A stretch of DNA of 64,000 nt. It comes from Myxococcota bacterium. Lineage in GTDB: Bacteria; Myxococcota_A; UBA796; UBA2385. Every line of letters begins with the position of its first letter. The stretch's first letter is position 1. Both the position numbers and the translations under genes were made by a program. Shown here piece after piece: positions 60,654 to 64,000 of the stretch. Location: assembly GCA_044344255.1 (NCBI GenBank), contig JBIJDH010000001.1, forward strand, positions 416,001 to 480,000. The letters are read 5' to 3'. Under the pieces are notes generated by a model, which saw only the letters and a program-made list of their open reading frames with translations, was not told where the DNA came from and searched no databases.

Positions 60654-62812
60654 GGGCCCCCCGCCTGCGTCGTCCGTGTCGGGCGCCGATCGGCCTCGGG
60701 CTCACCGTCGGCGCGCTCGGCCTCTGCTCCGTCGGCCTCAGCGCTTGCGCCCCGGAGCGGAGCTGCGAGACGGAGCTCTACTGGGTCGAGCCTGCCCGCC
60801 GGGTCTCGGTGCGCGGTGACTGGAGCGGCGGCGAAGACGAGGCCCTCCACCGCGGTGAAGACGGGGTCTGGCGCATCACGCTCGACCTCCCCGAAGGCGA
60901 CCACACCTACCTCTTCCGCGTCGACGGCCAAGACGAGCGCGACCCCTTCGCCCCCCTCCTGTCCTGGGACGCCGAGGCGGGCCGCGAGGTGAGCCGCGTG
61001 AGGGTCGGTGACTGCCAGCAGCCCGCCCTCCGGGTCCAGTCGCTCGAGCCGACCGCCGACGGCGAGCTCCGGGTGGAGGCCACCTTCCTCCGCGGCAAGG
61101 GCGGCGCCCGCCTCGACGGCGCCACCGCCACCCTCGAAGACGGCGCCTCCCTGTCGGTCGAGATCGATCCCGGCGACGGCGCCCTGTCGGTGCGAGGCTC
61201 GGGCCTCTCGACCGGTAAACATCGGCTGTCCCTCCGCGGGTGGGGCCGCGACGGGGCCGAGGCGACCGCCTCCCTCCCCTTCTGGGTGGAGGACAGCCCC
61301 TTCGCCTGGGAGGACGCCCTCATCTATCAGGTGCTGATCGACCGCTTCGCCGGGCCGAGCGGCGCCCTGCCCCCGGGACAGGACCCCGGGCTCCGACAGG
61401 GCGGCACGATCGCTGGCCTCCTCCAGAAGCTCGATGAGGGCTACTTCGAAGCCCTCGGCGTGCGCGTGCTCTGGATCTCCCCCCTCTATCGAAACGCCGA
61501 GGGGCAGTGGCCCGGAGACGACGGCCACCTCTATGAGGCCTATCACGGGTACTGGCCGGTCTCCTCGCGCGAGGTCGAGCCCGCCTTCGGCGGCGAGGCC
61601 GAGGTCCGCGCGCTCGTCGAGGCCGCCCACGCCGCCGGCCTCCGCGTCATCATGGATCTGGTGCCGAACCACGTCCACGAGGCGCACCCCTGGGTGGCGG
61701 AGCACACGGACGACGGCTGGTTCCACGCCGATCCGGACTGTATCTGCGGAGACTACGACTGCCCCTGGTCCGAGGACATCGAGGTCTGCTGGTTCACGCC
61801 CTACCTGCCGGACTTGAATTGGGAGGAGCCGGCGGTCGAGCGCGCCGCCGTGGCCGACGCCATCTGGTGGGCGGAGTCTTTCGATCTCGACGGCCTGCGC
61901 ATCGACGCCGTGCCCATGATGAGCCGCCCCGCCGTCCGCGCCCTCGTCTACGGCCTCTCCGAGTCCCTGGAGGCGGGCCCCACCCGCTTCTTCACCCTCG
62001 GCGAGACCTTCACGGGCGAGGGCGGCGCCGCCGACATCCAGAAGAACCTCGGCCCCTTCGGCCTCGACGGGCAATTCGAGTTCCCGCTGCTCTGGGCCCT
62101 GCGCGGCTGGCTCGCCTGGCAGACGATTGACGCGGCGGAGCTCAACGCCGTGCTCGACGAGAGCGAGGCCGCCTGGGCCGGCTCCGGCTCGGTGATGGCC
62201 CCCTTCGTCGGCAATCATGACACGAGTCGCTTCCTGTCCGAGGCGGCCGGAGACGGCGGGGGCGATCCCTGGGCCTCCCCGCCTCCCCAGCCCGACGACG
62301 CCGAGCCCTACGAGCGCCTGCTGCTCGCCCAGGCGGTCGTCCTCTCCCTCCCGGGGGCCCCGGTCCTCTATCAGGGCGACGAATACGGCCTCGCCGGCGC
62401 CACGGACCCCGACTCCCGCCGACCGATGGTCTTCGGCCCCGGCCTCTCCGCGCTCCAGTCCTGGACGCTCGAGCGGGTCGGGCGGCTCGGTCGGGCCCGC
62501 GCCTGCAGCGAGGCCCTCCGCCGCGGCGGTCGACAGACGCTGCTGGCCGAAGGTGGCTCCCTCGCCCTCCTCCGCGACGCCGGCGATGGGGAGCCAGCCC
62601 TGCTGCTCGTCAACGCCGACGACACCCCCGCATTCGTGTCGCTGACCCTCCCCGAGGACACCGCGGTGGAGGACCCCTGGTTCACCGAGCTCCTCGAGGG
62701 AGACCCCGCCGTCCCCTTCACGCCGGGGGAGCCCACGAGCCTCTGGCTGCCGCCCCGCTCCGCCCGCCTCTTCCTGTCTGACCGCTCCGCCCGCTGCGCC
62801 GAGGACCTGTGA
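60650..62812 (+). CDS. GH13 alpha-amylase-family lipoprotein with CBM48-like domain
   Basis: LSAC lipobox; VRGDW...YLFRVDG; YQVLIDRF, YHGYW, DLVPNH, GLRIDAV, GETF, GNHD, YQGDEYG. Confidence 0.92.
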   Translation: MRAPRLRRPCRAPIGLGLTVGALGLCSVGLSACAPERSCETELYWVEPARRVSVRGDWSGGEDEALHRGEDGVWRITLDLPEGDHTYLFRVDGQDERDPFAPLLSWDAEAGREVSRVRVGDCQQPALRVQSLEPTADGELRVEATFLRGKGGARLDGATATLEDGASLSVEIDPGDGALSVRGSGLSTGKHRLSLRGWGRDGAEATASLPFWVEDSPFAWEDALIYQVLIDRFAGPSGALPPGQDPGLRQGGTIAGLLQKLDEGYFEALGVRVLWISPLYRNAEGQWPGDDGHLYEAYHGYWPVSSREVEPAFGGEAEVRALVEAAHAAGLRVIMDLVPNHVHEAHPWVAEHTDDGWFHADPDCICGDYDCPWSEDIEVCWFTPYLPDLNWEEPAVERAAVADAIWWAESFDLDGLRIDAVPMMSRPAVRALVYGLSESLEAGPTRFFTLGETFTGEGGAADIQKNLGPFGLDGQFEFPLLWALRGWLAWQTIDAAELNAVLDESEAAWAGSGSVMAPFVGNHDTSRFLSEAAGDGGGDPWASPPPQPDDAEPYERLLLAQAVVLSLPGAPVLYQGDEYGLAGATDPDSRRPMVFGPGLSALQSWTLERVGRLGRARACSEALRRGGRQTLLAEGGSLALLRDAGDGEPALLLVNADDTPAFVSLTLPEDTAVEDPWFTELLEGDPAVPFTPGEPTSLWLPPRSARLFLSDRSARCAEDL

Positions 62813-64000
62813 TGCCCCACGACCCCGCTCCGCCCCGCCTGCGCGGCCCGCTTTCCTGCCTCGCCCTCCTCGCGGGGGCCCTGTCGGGCCTCGCGACCGG
62901 CTGCAGCTCCGACTGCCTGGAGGAGGACTGCGACCGCGTGCCCGAGCTCCCCTGGGATCCCGGTGACGGGGACACCGAGGGGGACGGCTACGGCTACGGA
63001 GACGACGGCGGAGACGGCACAGACGGCGGAGACGGCGGCATCGACACCGCCCGCGAGATCCTCAGCGTCCGCGACTGCGCGGTCACCTTCTCCTACACGC
63101 CGAGCGTGAGCCTCTCGAGCTTGCAGATCGCGGGCGAGTTCAACGACTGGAGCCCCACCGCCCTCTCGGGGCCCGACGGAGAGGGGGCCTGGAGCGTCGC
63201 GCTCGGCGAGCTCGACCCCGGCGAGTACGCCTACAAGCTCCTCCCGAACGGCGAGTGGGAGGGCGAGCCCCCGGCGACCGTCTATTCGAAGTGGGTGGGC
63301 GGGAGTGAGAACCGCGACCTGCGGGTGGGCGACTGCCAGCGGCCCCTGCTCCAGACCGTGTCGGCCTCGGCGACCCCGAGCGGCGCCCTGTCGGTGGAGG
63401 TGCAGATCGCCAGCGCCGCCGACGGCGCCGCCATCGACCCCGCCACGCTCGTCGTCACCGTCGGGGGGGAGGCCGTCAGCCCCGACTTTGACCCCTCCAC
63501 CGGCCTGCTCACCCTCAGCCTGAGCGGCCTGCCGGCCGGCAAACACTCGGTCCGGGTATGGGCCGCCGACGAGGCCGGGCGCCGGGCCGAGAACGAGCCC
63601 TTGTGGGTCCCCCTCTGGGTGGAGCCCGAGCCCTTCGCCTATCAGGACGGGCTCCTCTACTTCGTCTTCACCGACCGCTTCCGCAACGGCGACTACGGCG
63701 CTGACCTCTATGACCCCATCTCCGGCGTCTCCACCTGCGCGAATTACCAGGGCGGTGACTTCCAAGGTGTGATCGACGCGCTCGACGAGGGATACTTCCA
63801 GGCCCTCGGTGTGCGCACGCTCTGGCTGTCGCCGGTCTATGACAACCCGGCCGGCAGCTACCTCGGCACCGACGGCGTCCACGACTTCAGCGGCTACCAC
63901 GGCTACTGGCCCACGAGCCCGAGCGACATCGAAGAGCGCTGGGGAGACAGCGGGGGGAGCGCCGGCGCGGCCAGCGACCGCCTGCACGAGCTCGTCGAGA
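62812..64000 (+). CDS. Second GH13 alpha-amylase-family lipoprotein (3'-truncated by the window)
   Basis: ATG overlaps the upstream TGA; LATGC lipobox; G/D linker; IAGEFNDW (CBM48); YFVFTDRFRNGD, GGDFQG, YHGYW. Confidence 0.88.
   Translation, partial: MPHDPAPPRLRGPLSCLALLAGALSGLATGCSSDCLEEDCDRVPELPWDPGDGDTEGDGYGYGDDGGDGTDGGDGGIDTAREILSVRDCAVTFSYTPSVSLSSLQIAGEFNDWSPTALSGPDGEGAWSVALGELDPGEYAYKLLPNGEWEGEPPATVYSKWVGGSENRDLRVGDCQRPLLQTVSASATPSGALSVEVQIASAADGAAIDPATLVVTVGGEAVSPDFDPSTGLLTLSLSGLPAGKHSVRVWAADEAGRRAENEPLWVPLWVEPEPFAYQDGLLYFVFTDRFRNGDYGADLYDPISGVSTCANYQGGDFQGVIDALDEGYFQALGVRTLWLSPVYDNPAGSYLGTDGVHDFSGYHGYWPTSPSDIEERWGDSGGSAGAASDRLHELVE

Overview
Very GC-rich, gene-dense bacterial chromosomal window. 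Ser/Thr kinases, FHA/TPR proteins, an ECF sigma/anti-sigma pair, a TIGR02147 protein and many lipoproteins suggest a Myxococcota/deltaproteobacterial lineage (inference). Most genes are housekeeping or envelope related: an isc Fe-S cluster operon (iscS-iscU-iscA-hscB-hscA), comEC, CapA and DUF3160, 5-oxoprolinase, eno, ftsQ-ftsZ, Opp/Dpp-type ABC ATPases, an RNase Z-like hydrolase, a DnaC/IstB-like ATPase, nadA, a TrmB regulator and GH1/GH13 glycosidases. Main unusual points: (1) the isc operon is led by a MerR-family regulator with a C-terminal CxxC-x8-CxxC motif and an upstream palindrome instead of IscR; (2) short tandem duplications spanning the stop codon occur at about eight unrelated genes; (3) a decayed region at about 30.9-35.8 kb contains a collapsed Cas10/Cmr2 relic and an apparently CARF-less HEPN effector with its own RBS; (4) ftsQ-ftsZ has no ftsA between them; (5) a DnaD-like/DnaC-like pair is coupled to an RNase Z-like gene; (6) the TrmB gene has a probable CTG start and twin operators. 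I found no rRNA, tRNA, intact CRISPR array or transposase. All family calls come from motif recognition by eye, not from database searches.
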